Notes under the pieces: model-generated | What the model was told of the DNA's origin: nothing | What the model saw: the letters and a program-made list of their open reading frames with translations, nothing else | Databases searched by the model: none | Program-made: the position numbers and the translations under genes | In this document: piece after piece, positions 26,592 to 34,689 of the stretch | How positions within the stretch are numbered: the stretch's first letter is position 1 | Layout: each line of letters begins with the position of its first letter | DNA from: Candidatus Limnocylindrales bacterium | GTDB taxonomy: Bacteria; Chloroflexota; Limnocylindria; Limnocylindrales; CSP1-4 | Length of the DNA: 64,000 nucleotides | Direction of reading: 5' to 3' | Assembly (NCBI GenBank): GCA_036002405.1 | Contig: DASYTK010000040.1 | Span: 1,299-65,298, forward strand

Positions 26592-27326
26592 GTGCCGTCG
26601 GCGACACGCACGGATGCGAACGGACCCGGCCCCGCCGAGGAGTCCCGCGACCAGCTGAAGCTCGCGATCGAGGAGCGCGGGTCGGCGGGCGCTCCGCTCC
26701 GCGTTCGGCCGATGATCCCGTCCGAGGGCCACGCCCCTTTCGACGATCCGGCCTATCTCTTCGAGCCGTGGTGGCCCGGGAGCCGGGCGTTCCTGGGTGT
26801 CGCGCGCGAGGGCCTGCGCCTCTGGAGCGAGCACCTGGCCGACCCGCTCGAGGTGTTCCCGGAGCTCGCGACGATCGCCGACCAGGCACGCGGCCTGCCG
26901 CTGCTCCTCGAAGGGACCCTGCTCGTCCTCGACCCTGAAGGCCAGCCCGACGCGGAGCTGCTCCGTCGCCGGCTCGAGGGACACGAAGCGGACGTGGGGG
27001 AGCCCGCCTTCGTCGCGACCGATCTCCTCGAAGCCGAGGGCCGGCTCATCGGCGGGCGTCCCCTGGCCGAGCGACGCGACCGACTGGAGACGCTCCTCCC
27101 CGACGGAGAATGGTGCGTCGTCGGGCGGGCCTGGCGCGACGAGGGCCAGGCCGTCGCGGAGGCGCTCGGCTCGATGGGCCTGGAGTGGATGTCCGCCCGG
27201 CGGCTCGACGCCCGTTATCGCTCCGGGCCGGCGGGAGACGACTGGCTGAAGGTGCCGGTCGTGCCGACCGAGCCCCCGGTGCGCCGGCCGATCCTCGCCG
27301 TCATCCAGCGCCTGCCGCTCGGCTGA
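26592..27326 (+). CDS. ATP-dependent DNA ligase-like protein: adenylation-domain homolog with degenerate catalytic motifs and no OB domain
   Basis: Collinear with LigD/LigC NTase-domain motifs:
- Motif I: PFDDPAYLFEPWWPGSRAF, where KxDG is expected.
- Motif III: LEGTLLVLD.
- Motif IV: AFVATDLL.
- Motif V: LEWMSARRLDARYRSG...WLKVP.
The start is either GTG 26592 or ATG 26712. Confidence 0.65.
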   Translation: MPSATRTDANGPGPAEESRDQLKLAIEERGSAGAPLRVRPMIPSEGHAPFDDPAYLFEPWWPGSRAFLGVAREGLRLWSEHLADPLEVFPELATIADQARGLPLLLEGTLLVLDPEGQPDAELLRRRLEGHEADVGEPAFVATDLLEAEGRLIGGRPLAERRDRLETLLPDGEWCVVGRAWRDEGQAVAEALGSMGLEWMSARRLDARYRSGPAGDDWLKVPVVPTEPPVRRPILAVIQRLPLG

Positions 27327-27358
27327 CCGCCCGCCCCTGCCGCGCGGACGCCCTCGCC

Positions 27359-27571
27359 CTACGCCATGCGGCGGATTGAAGCCGGCGCCCACGGAAGGTA
27401 GATATCGGCCGCGAGGCCCCGCCCGTCCGATCCTTCCCCCCGATCGTGCGTGTGCGGGGCCTCCTCGTGCCCCCAGCCGTCATGCACAGCGTGCGCGACG
27501 ATCATCCCCTGTAGCCCGTTTGCAACCCCGACCACTCGATCCGCGGCTGGTTCCGGGCGGACGTAACGCAC
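27359..27571 (-). CDS. Possible small His-rich protein (70 aa)
   Basis: The ORF contains VAHAVHDGWGHEEAPHTHD. Third-position G+C is about 76% by hand count. There is no clear RBS and no recognisable family. Weak call. Confidence 0.25.
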   Translation of the reverse strand: MRYVRPEPAADRVVGVANGLQGMIVAHAVHDGWGHEEAPHTHDRGEGSDGRGLAADIYLPWAPASIRRMA

Positions 27572-27863
27572 CGATTCATCGTGGAGGGGGTGGCTCCACC
27601 GGAAGGCCGGTCGGCGCTATGCGGAGGGGCGCGGCTTTCGTCGCGAATATCAGCTCACGCGCTTCCTTCCGCAGGTCTGAGCGATAAGGGCGGCGCTGGT
27701 TGCCACGTCTCCGATGGCTAATCGCGCGCCCTGACGCGCCAGCAACCCTCGGTGCGCTATGCAGCGACTCAAAGCCCAGAGCTCGAGCCGGGCTGCTGTT
27801 TCGGGGCTGGTCACGGACGGTACGCTTGGGCGAGCTGACCTTGCCCCAGAGGAGGATCGTTCG

Positions 27864-28697
27864 ATGACTGCCGACGTGACACGGATCGCCTCGCGCCGCG
27901 CGATGCTCGCCGCGGGTGCGGCTGGATTGCTCGGGGCGATCGCTCACGCCTTCGCCAGCGCCACCCAGGTGCGCGCCGCGAACGGCGACGCCGTCCTCCT
28001 CGGCCAGACGAACACCGCAACCGAGGTGACGACCGTCCAGAACACCGACGCGTCCGAGTGGGCCTTCGCGGGAATGGGCTCGGACACGGGCGTCGGTCTT
28101 CGCGGCGAGGGCGGCGTGGGGGTATCCGGGTTCAGCGATCTCGGGACGGCCGTCGAGGCGCACAGCAATTCGGGTCGGGCAGTGAACGCCGATTCGGGCG
28201 CCGCCACCGAGCCCGCCGTCCGGGCCCGCTCGCTCGGCTTCAGCTCCGGCGTCCTGGGCTACAGCGGCGTCAGTGGAGCGCAGCCCTTCCCGACCGGCAA
28301 GACCGGTGTCGAGGGCGTGTCCGAGATCGACTCCACGGCCCGCGGCGTCTACGGGCGCTCGACCGTCGGTCGGGGGGTGATGGGCTCCGCGACCACGGGT
28401 ACCGCGCTCTACGCGGTCGCTGCCACGAACGGAACGGCCCTCCGGACGACGCGCGGCCACGTCCGCTTCAGCACGGCCGGGCTGGCCACGATCGCGGCCG
28501 GCACGAACAGCGTCACCGTGACCCCGGGCTTCGACATCTCGTCCGGGTCGAAGGTGCTCGCGGTCCTCCAGGGCAACCCGGGTGCCGGGATCCTCTTCCG
28601 CTTCGTGCGCCGGGACTCGGTGAACGACCGCTTCACGATCTACCTGAGCGGTAACGCGACGGCGAATACACCCGTGGCCTGGTTCGTCATTGGCTAG
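27864..28697 (+). CDS. Tat-signal secreted protein with Gly/Ser/Val-rich beta-strand repeats
   Basis: The ATG at 27864 is preceded by GGAGGA. Twin-arginine signal: TRIASRRAMLAAGAAGLLGAIAHAFA-SA. The mature part has iterated G-x-G-V-x-G/S units. No family recognised. Confidence 0.65.
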   Translation: MTADVTRIASRRAMLAAGAAGLLGAIAHAFASATQVRAANGDAVLLGQTNTATEVTTVQNTDASEWAFAGMGSDTGVGLRGEGGVGVSGFSDLGTAVEAHSNSGRAVNADSGAATEPAVRARSLGFSSGVLGYSGVSGAQPFPTGKTGVEGVSEIDSTARGVYGRSTVGRGVMGSATTGTALYAVAATNGTALRTTRGHVRFSTAGLATIAAGTNSVTVTPGFDISSGSKVLAVLQGNPGAGILFRFVRRDSVNDRFTIYLSGNATANTPVAWFVIG

Positions 28698-28751
28698 CCC
28701 GGCCACAACGATGCACACTGGCCGCACGGAACACGACTGAGGCATCGGCAG

Positions 28752-29285
28752 ATGAACATCGACCTGGGGCTTCTCGTCCTTCGCGCGGCAGTCGGCGGCA
28801 TCGTTCTCGCCCATGGACTGATGAAGATCGGCTGGCCGATCTCGACGGGAACGCGGGGCATGGCCTCGGTGCGGGGCGTGGCCGGCTTCTTCGGCAGCCT
28901 CGGCTTCTGGCCGCCGATGTTCTGGGCCTTCGTCACGATCCTCGCCGAGGTCGGCGGAAGCCTGCTCATGATCCTCGGGCTGGGCGGCCCGATCGGCCCG
29001 GGCCTCGTGTTCGGCGACATGCTGATCGTGACGATCGTCGCCCACTGGCCGCAGGGCTTCTGGGTCGGGCAGAACAAGGCCGGGGTCGAGTTCCCCATTC
29101 CGCTGACGGCGGGCCCGCTCGCCGTCGCCCTGATCGGCAACGGCGGATGGTCGCTCGACGGCCTGCTCGGCCTCGCCTATCCCGAATGGCTGATGCCGGC
29201 CTGGCTCGTCCTCATGCTCGCCGGAGACGTCGGTCTGCTGGTGATCCGGGCGGTGGTCCCCAGGCCCGCCGCCCCGGCGAGCTAG
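28752..29285 (+). CDS. DoxX family membrane protein
   Basis: 177 aa and 4 TM. The N-terminus LGLLVLRAAVGGIVLAHGLMKI is typical of DoxX. Confidence 0.8.
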   Translation: MNIDLGLLVLRAAVGGIVLAHGLMKIGWPISTGTRGMASVRGVAGFFGSLGFWPPMFWAFVTILAEVGGSLLMILGLGGPIGPGLVFGDMLIVTIVAHWPQGFWVGQNKAGVEFPIPLTAGPLAVALIGNGGWSLDGLLGLAYPEWLMPAWLVLMLAGDVGLLVIRAVVPRPAAPAS

Positions 29286-29298
29286 GAGAGACCGACGC

Positions 29299-29745
29299 GT
29301 GGAAGTCAGGGAGCTCGGACACGTCGTCCTGTACGTGCGGGATCTCGCTCGGTCGCGCCACTTCTACCGGGACGTGCTCGGGTGGCGGGAGGTGACCGAG
29401 CTCGGTGGGATCGGCGCGATGTTCTCGTCCGGGCGTACCCACCACGAGCTGCTCTTGCTCGAGGTGGGCCGCGATGCCGCCCCACCCCCGCCCGGCAGGC
29501 GTCTCGGCCTCTATCACTTCGGGCTGAAGATCGGCGAGACGGACGACGAGCTGCGTGACGCGCTCGAGACGCTCGAGCGCGAAGGGGTGAGCATCGTCGG
29601 CACGGCCGACCACACGGTCACGCACAGCGTCTACGTCACCGACCCCGACGGCAACGAGATCGAGCTCTACATCGACGTCCAGCCCGAGGTGTGGCGCGAC
29701 GATCCCGCTGCCATCGTCGCTCCCCCGCGGCCGCTGAGGCTGTAA
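29299..29745 (+). CDS. VOC superfamily (glyoxalase/bleomycin resistance/extradiol dioxygenase-like) protein
   Basis: LGHVVLYVRDLARSRHFYRDVLGW...HHELLL...YHFGLK...HSVYVTDPDGNEIELY shows the VOC metal-ligand pattern. GTG start. Confidence 0.8.
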   Translation: MEVRELGHVVLYVRDLARSRHFYRDVLGWREVTELGGIGAMFSSGRTHHELLLLEVGRDAAPPPPGRRLGLYHFGLKIGETDDELRDALETLEREGVSIVGTADHTVTHSVYVTDPDGNEIELYIDVQPEVWRDDPAAIVAPPRPLRL

Positions 29746-29789
29746 CTCTCGGCCCCTCCCGTGGTGGGCTCACAGCGAAGGAGCGAGCG

Positions 29790-29987
29790 ATGGCGATGCG
29801 TCACGAGTGGCGGGTGTCGGCCACTGTCATCAGCGGCCCTCCGCCAGCGGCCCAGACGACGGTTCCGGTCGCCGTTTGCATCCGCTGCGGGGCAGTACGG
29901 ACGCAGCTGGTGACTCCGGGAGCGCAAGGCCAGATGGATCTCTCCGGCGACTGCGCCGATTCGGGCCCTAGCTCGCGCCCACGCTAG
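29790..29987 (+). CDS. Possible small Cys-containing protein (65 aa)
   Basis: GAAGGAG lies 6 nt upstream of the ATG. The protein contains CIRCG...GDC. Third-position G+C is about 77%. No family recognised. Confidence 0.35.
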   Translation: MAMRHEWRVSATVISGPPPAAQTTVPVAVCIRCGAVRTQLVTPGAQGQMDLSGDCADSGPSSRPR

Positions 29988-30010
29988 ACGCCGGCCCGGC
30001 AACGACGGCC

Positions 30011-30085
30011 TGGTGAGCCCGGCAGGATTCGAACCTGCGACACGCAGATTAAGAGTCTGCTGTTCTACCGCTGAACTACGGGCCC
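30011..30085 (-). tRNA. tRNA-Lys (anticodon CUU), CCA encoded
   Basis: The reverse complement folds as a cloverleaf: GGGCCCG-TA-GTTC-AGCGGTA-GAAC-A-GCAGA-CTCTTAA-TCTGC-GTGTC-GCAGG-TTCGAAT-CCTGC-CGGGCTC-A-CCA. Confidence 0.9.
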
Positions 30086-31627
30086 GCCGTCCGCTCGACC
30101 CGCGGGCTGCGCCGTCGGGGCGCCCGGCATCGGTCGGTGTTCCAGTCTAGCAGAGGCCCCGGCCCGGAGGTCCAGCCTCTCCGAAGCGACGGCGATCAGG
30201 TCTCGATCATGGGTCGCGGCGATGACCGTCGTCGAGGGCGAGGCGAGGCCGGCGAGGAGCCGGGCGATCGCCCGGGCATTGCGCCGGTCGAGAGTCGAGG
30301 TCGGCTCGTCGAGGACGAGAAGCTCGGGCTCGCCGGAGATCGCGCGGGCGATCGCGACCCGCGTCCGCTCACCCGCTGAAAGCACGTCCGGGCGGCGGTC
30401 GCTGAGGGCGAGGACGCCGAGGCGCTCGAGGGCGGCCGAGGCGCGCTCGTCGGCATCCGGCCCGCCGAGTCCTCGGAGGTCGAGGCCGAGGACGACGTTC
30501 TCGATCGCGCTCAGGAAGGAGATCAGCCGGGGTGCCTGGTCGACGATCCCGATCCGGCGGGCGCGGAGGATCGCGAGGGCATCGCGATCGAGCTCGCCCA
30601 GGTCGACGCCCAGCGTGACGACCCGGCCGGCATCGGGGACGTCGAGTCCGGTGACCAGCCGCAGGAGCGTCGACTTGCCGCTCCCCGACGGCCCGGTCAC
30701 GACGTGGAATCCGCCGCTGCCGAAAGCCGCGCTGATCCCGTCGAGCGCGACGGCCGCGATGCCTCCCGTGCCGTAGCTCCGGGAGACGCGCTCCAGCCTG
30801 ACCGCGCTGCCTGCATCGACAGCCGTCGTCGCCGGAGGGCCGACGGCCTGGGCCCGGACAGGCGCCGGAGCGCGCCAGCCGCTCGCGTCCACGGCGGTTC
30901 GGAGGCGTCCTGCGCGCCGTTCGGCGATCGCCCGGCCGTCGCGCAGGTAGACGATCCGGTCGGCGGCCGACTCGAGCTGCTCGTCGTGAGTGACGACGAT
31001 GCCCGTTGCGCCCACCTCGCGCAGGAGCTCGCGCATGAGACGAACGAGGCTCGCGGCGGTGGCGTCGTCGAGCTCGCCGGTCGGCTCGTCCGCGAGGAGG
31101 ATCCGGGGCTCGATGACGAGCGCGGTCGCGACCGCGATCCGCTGCTGCTCCCCGCCCGACAGCTCGGAGGGCAGCGCGTCGGCGCGACCGGCCAGGCCGA
31201 CCCGCTCGAGGATGGCGGCGACGCGCCGCTCCCGCTCGGGGCGGGCAACGCCCCGCAAGCGGAGCGGCAACTCGACCGTGCGGCCGACCGGGAGGTACGG
31301 CGAGAGCGAGCGCCAGTAGTGCTGCTCCACCGTCCCGACGAGCCCCGTCCGGTACTGCCTCAGCTCGGCCTCCGAGGCCCGCTCGAGGGCCACGCCGGCC
31401 GAAAGGATCGAGCCCGCGGTGGGACGCTCGAGACCGGCCAGCAGCCGAAGGAGGGTCGACTTGCCCGACCCGCTCGGCCCGACGACGGTCACGAGCTCTG
31501 CCGGCTCGACGGTCAGATCGAGTCCCCGCAGCGCCGCCACCCCGCCTTCCGCGGCCGGATGGACGTGGATCACCCCCCGCGCCTCGATCGCTCCCGCGGG
31601 TCGCCGGGGCAAGGAGGTCTCAGCCAC
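30065..31627 (-). CDS. ABC transporter ATP-binding protein with two fused ATPase domains
   Basis: 520 aa. It has two Walker A sites (GPSGSGKST twice), two signature motifs (LSGGEQQR, LSAGERTR) and two Walker B sites (LLADEPT, LVLDEPT). The last 21 nt overlap tRNA-Lys. Confidence 0.85.
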   Translation of the reverse strand: MAETSLPRRPAGAIEARGVIHVHPAAEGGVAALRGLDLTVEPAELVTVVGPSGSGKSTLLRLLAGLERPTAGSILSAGVALERASEAELRQYRTGLVGTVEQHYWRSLSPYLPVGRTVELPLRLRGVARPERERRVAAILERVGLAGRADALPSELSGGEQQRIAVATALVIEPRILLADEPTGELDDATAASLVRLMRELLREVGATGIVVTHDEQLESAADRIVYLRDGRAIAERRAGRLRTAVDASGWRAPAPVRAQAVGPPATTAVDAGSAVRLERVSRSYGTGGIAAVALDGISAAFGSGGFHVVTGPSGSGKSTLLRLVTGLDVPDAGRVVTLGVDLGELDRDALAILRARRIGIVDQAPRLISFLSAIENVVLGLDLRGLGGPDADERASAALERLGVLALSDRRPDVLSAGERTRVAIARAISGEPELLVLDEPTSTLDRRNARAIARLLAGLASPSTTVIAATHDRDLIAVASERLDLRAGASARLEHRPMPGAPTAQPAGRADGGPVVQR

Positions 31628-34600
31628 GGATCTCTCGACGGCCCAGTCGCTCCGCGGCGAAGGCTCGCCGCGCCAGGAGCGCCACGAGCCCCCCGACCGT
31701 GACGACGAGCGCGATCACGACCGCGGCCACCGGCAGCCACGGCAGGACCGGCACGAGCGGCGGGATGGGAAGCGCGGCGCCGGCCGACAGGGCAAGGGCG
31801 GAGGTGAGGACGATCGTCAAGGCCACGCCGGCGCCGAGACCGGCAACGATGCCCCCGCCGGTCAGCCAGCCGGTCCGGGCGATCGCCTGGCGGCGCAGCG
31901 CAGCGGGGGCCATGCCCTGTGCCTCGAGATCGGCCAGCTCGCCCCGCTCGTCGCGGACGTCGGCGGCCGCGCCGACGAGGAGCCCGACCACCGCCAGGGC
32001 AATCCCCGTCAGAGCCGCGAGCACGAGAGCCCAGATGACGGCGGCCGCCAGCGGGTCGCTCGCGCGCTGGCTCTCGAGCGCGGCGCGGGAGATGACCTCC
32101 GGGCGCCGGAACGGTCCGCGCTCGATCGCCGAGGCGACCTCGGCCGCGCGACGCTCGTCGGGGGCCCGGATCCAGAGCTCGTCGGGGAAGGCGCTGCCGG
32201 GCTGGTCCGCGTTGATCGCCGTCGCGAGCGGCTCGAGGTCGGCGATCGCGAAGCGGGGCGCCGAGGCCTCGAGGGTGGGGAAGTAGCGAGCGATGCCCGA
32301 GATCCGCAGGTCGAGCGCACCGTCGTCCCCGAGCCGGACCGTCAGCCGGCCGGCGGAGTCGGCGGTCGCAGCCAGGTCGGGGCTGACGATCGCGGGGATC
32401 GTGATCCCGTCGGTGGGCTGCGGGGCCCGGAAGGTGAGCGAGGGCTGGGCATTCGTGAATTCCAGGCGCAGCGGCTCGTCGCCGACAACCTCCGGCAGCC
32501 CGGGCAGGTCGACGACGGCGCGGTTCGTGGACCGCACCGCGCCACCGTGAAAGCCCGTCGACTCGGTGTCCTTGTTCAGGCGGACGGCGATGACCGTCCC
32601 CCCGGCGGCTTCCTCCGGCAGCGGCTGGCGGACGACGCGCCGGCCGGGCGCGACCCGACCGTAGCTCAGCGTCACGAAGTCGCCGCGAGGCGTCGCGACG
32701 ACGGCCGTGAGGAGGATCGGGTCACCCTCGACCGAGATGTCCAGGGCAAGCTGGCCCGCGTTCGCGGGGACGGGCTGACCGCGGAGGGTCCAGTCGCCGG
32801 GGGCGGCGATCCGTCGGCCGAGCTCGTCCACGGATAGCGTCGAGAAGTCCGATCGCCAGCCCCGCAGCCGGGCGACCGACTCGGCCGGCAGCCCGACCAG
32901 CTCGACCGGGGCACCCGTCACGGTGTCGCCGCGGTGGCGGAGCACCGGGGTCCGTTCCACGTCGGCGGGGAGCGCTGCGTACCGGTCGAGCGGCACCACC
33001 GAGGACGAGAAGGTAAGCCCGGTGGGCAGCTCCCGAACACGCAGGTCCATGCCGGCCTGGTAGGCGGCCTGGTCGGCGATGCCCTGCCGGAGGCTCGCCC
33101 CGTACCCGGCCGCGAAGACGATCATGCCAAGACTGAAACAGAGGAGCGTCAGCGTCGCCGCCGGGCGCTCGGGATCGCGAGCCACCGCGAGAATCGAGAA
33201 CCGAAGCGAGAGCGGGGCACGAGCGGTGCGCCTGGCGAGCCAGCGGAAACAGAACGGCAGGAGGGCGAGCAGGCAAAGCGCGACGAGGAAGGCGACGAGC
33301 GGCGGCAGGATGACGACGACAGGGCTGGCGATCGTCCCGGCGAGCCGTGCCGGATCGAGCGCTCCCTCGGCGACGAGCTGCCAGCCGATCAGGCCGAGCG
33401 CGGTCGCCGCCACGACCGGGAGGATGCCGTAGATCCGCCGTCCGGCCAGCGGAAGCGTCGGCAGGAGGATCGCAAAGGCGGCGGCAACGATCACCAGCGC
33501 GAGGCCGGCGATCCCAGTCACGGAAAGGACGGAGTCCATCACCGATGCGACGACGGGCACTCCCTCCACCGCGGCGAGCGCGGCCACCCCGAACGCGGCG
33601 AGGATCACGCCCAGCGCACCGCCACAGATCGCAGGCGCGATCGCCTCGACGGCCAGGAACGAACCGATCTGGCCTCGACGCGCCCCGAATGCGACGAGGC
33701 GCGAGCGCTCGGCGAGGACGTCGGCACGCCCAACGAGCGCGGCGAAGGCGGCGAAGGCGAGGAGGACCGCCGCGGCGAGCGACGAGAGCAGCAGGAGGCG
33801 CGCGGCGGCCGCGCGATCGCGCGCCAGCTCGACCTCGATCGGAGCGAGCGGCGCAGACGACGTCAGCTCGTCTTCCGTCGCGGCCAGCCGCTGATCGACG
33901 AGGCTCACGCGGCGGCGCAGCTCCGTGACGCTCCAGGGGTGGATCACTGCGGGATCCAGGGGAGCGGTCCAGAACTGGGTGCGGCCGATCTCGCCCGCAC
34001 CCTTCCCCGTCGCGGCCGCATCGACGCCCCTGACGAGAAGGATCGCGGCCGCCGGATCCTCGGCGAACCCGAGCGGGCTCGGCGGTCCCTGCTCCGGGCC
34101 GGACTGGTGGAGCGCACCAAGGGGCAGGGCGCTCGTGAGCGTGCCCCGGCCCACGATCCGGAGCTCCAGCTCGCCAAAGCGCACGCCTGCCCGGATCGCG
34201 TCGGGGACAGGGGCCTCGCTCAGGAGGATCGCCTCGCAGCGAGCTCCGTCGCAGGCCTGTGGCTGCCGGCCTTCCGACAGGCGCGTCCAGCGCCCGGGCT
34301 CGTCGAGCGCGACAAGCCGAAGCTCGAAGCGGGCCGCCCTGTCCCGGAGTGGACGCGAGAGGAGGCCCCGAACGGGTGGCTCACCGAACTCGCCGAGCAG
34401 CGCGAGCGCGTCGCGCGCCTCCCGATCGAGCCGCCCGAGATCGCGCCCGCTGGGCACGAACGTCGAGACGCGCACTGCCCGCTCGCCCTCGGGCAGGCCG
34501 GCGAGCGTTCGCGCCAGGGCCAGGTCGCCGCTGACGGACCCGATCCCGAGGATCGTGCCCACGAGCGCCACGGCGGCCGTGACGGCGGCCGTCACGAGGA

Positions 34601-34670
34601 GGGCGTGGCCGCGGCGACGCGCCAGTCGGGCGCGCACGAGATGGAGGATCGCGTTCATCGCAGGCGACAA
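31620..34670 (-). CDS. Large FtsX/MacB-type ABC permease (two FtsX-like TM modules with large extracytoplasmic domains)
   Basis: 1016 aa. Two clusters of TM helices are separated by long soluble regions. It has an 8-nt overlap with the downstream ATPase gene. Confidence 0.75.
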   Translation of the reverse strand: MSPAMNAILHLVRARLARRRGHALLVTAAVTAAVALVGTILGIGSVSGDLALARTLAGLPEGERAVRVSTFVPSGRDLGRLDREARDALALLGEFGEPPVRGLLSRPLRDRAARFELRLVALDEPGRWTRLSEGRQPQACDGARCEAILLSEAPVPDAIRAGVRFGELELRIVGRGTLTSALPLGALHQSGPEQGPPSPLGFAEDPAAAILLVRGVDAAATGKGAGEIGRTQFWTAPLDPAVIHPWSVTELRRRVSLVDQRLAATEDELTSSAPLAPIEVELARDRAAAARLLLLSSLAAAVLLAFAAFAALVGRADVLAERSRLVAFGARRGQIGSFLAVEAIAPAICGGALGVILAAFGVAALAAVEGVPVVASVMDSVLSVTGIAGLALVIVAAAFAILLPTLPLAGRRIYGILPVVAATALGLIGWQLVAEGALDPARLAGTIASPVVVILPPLVAFLVALCLLALLPFCFRWLARRTARAPLSLRFSILAVARDPERPAATLTLLCFSLGMIVFAAGYGASLRQGIADQAAYQAGMDLRVRELPTGLTFSSSVVPLDRYAALPADVERTPVLRHRGDTVTGAPVELVGLPAESVARLRGWRSDFSTLSVDELGRRIAAPGDWTLRGQPVPANAGQLALDISVEGDPILLTAVVATPRGDFVTLSYGRVAPGRRVVRQPLPEEAAGGTVIAVRLNKDTESTGFHGGAVRSTNRAVVDLPGLPEVVGDEPLRLEFTNAQPSLTFRAPQPTDGITIPAIVSPDLAATADSAGRLTVRLGDDGALDLRISGIARYFPTLEASAPRFAIADLEPLATAINADQPGSAFPDELWIRAPDERRAAEVASAIERGPFRRPEVISRAALESQRASDPLAAAVIWALVLAALTGIALAVVGLLVGAAADVRDERGELADLEAQGMAPAALRRQAIARTGWLTGGGIVAGLGAGVALTIVLTSALALSAGAALPIPPLVPVLPWLPVAAVVIALVVTVGGLVALLARRAFAAERLGRREIRG

Positions 34671-34689
34671 CCGTGCGTCGCCGGGTGGA

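Noticed and set aside
27572-27863. Riboswitch or known ncRNA (tmRNA, 6S, RNase P, SRP) in the long gap upstream of the Tat protein
   Set aside because: I could not match any conserved core sequence I know (no tmRNA ends, no RNase P or SRP motifs, no obvious riboswitch consensus). A covariance-model scan is needed, so no feature is claimed.
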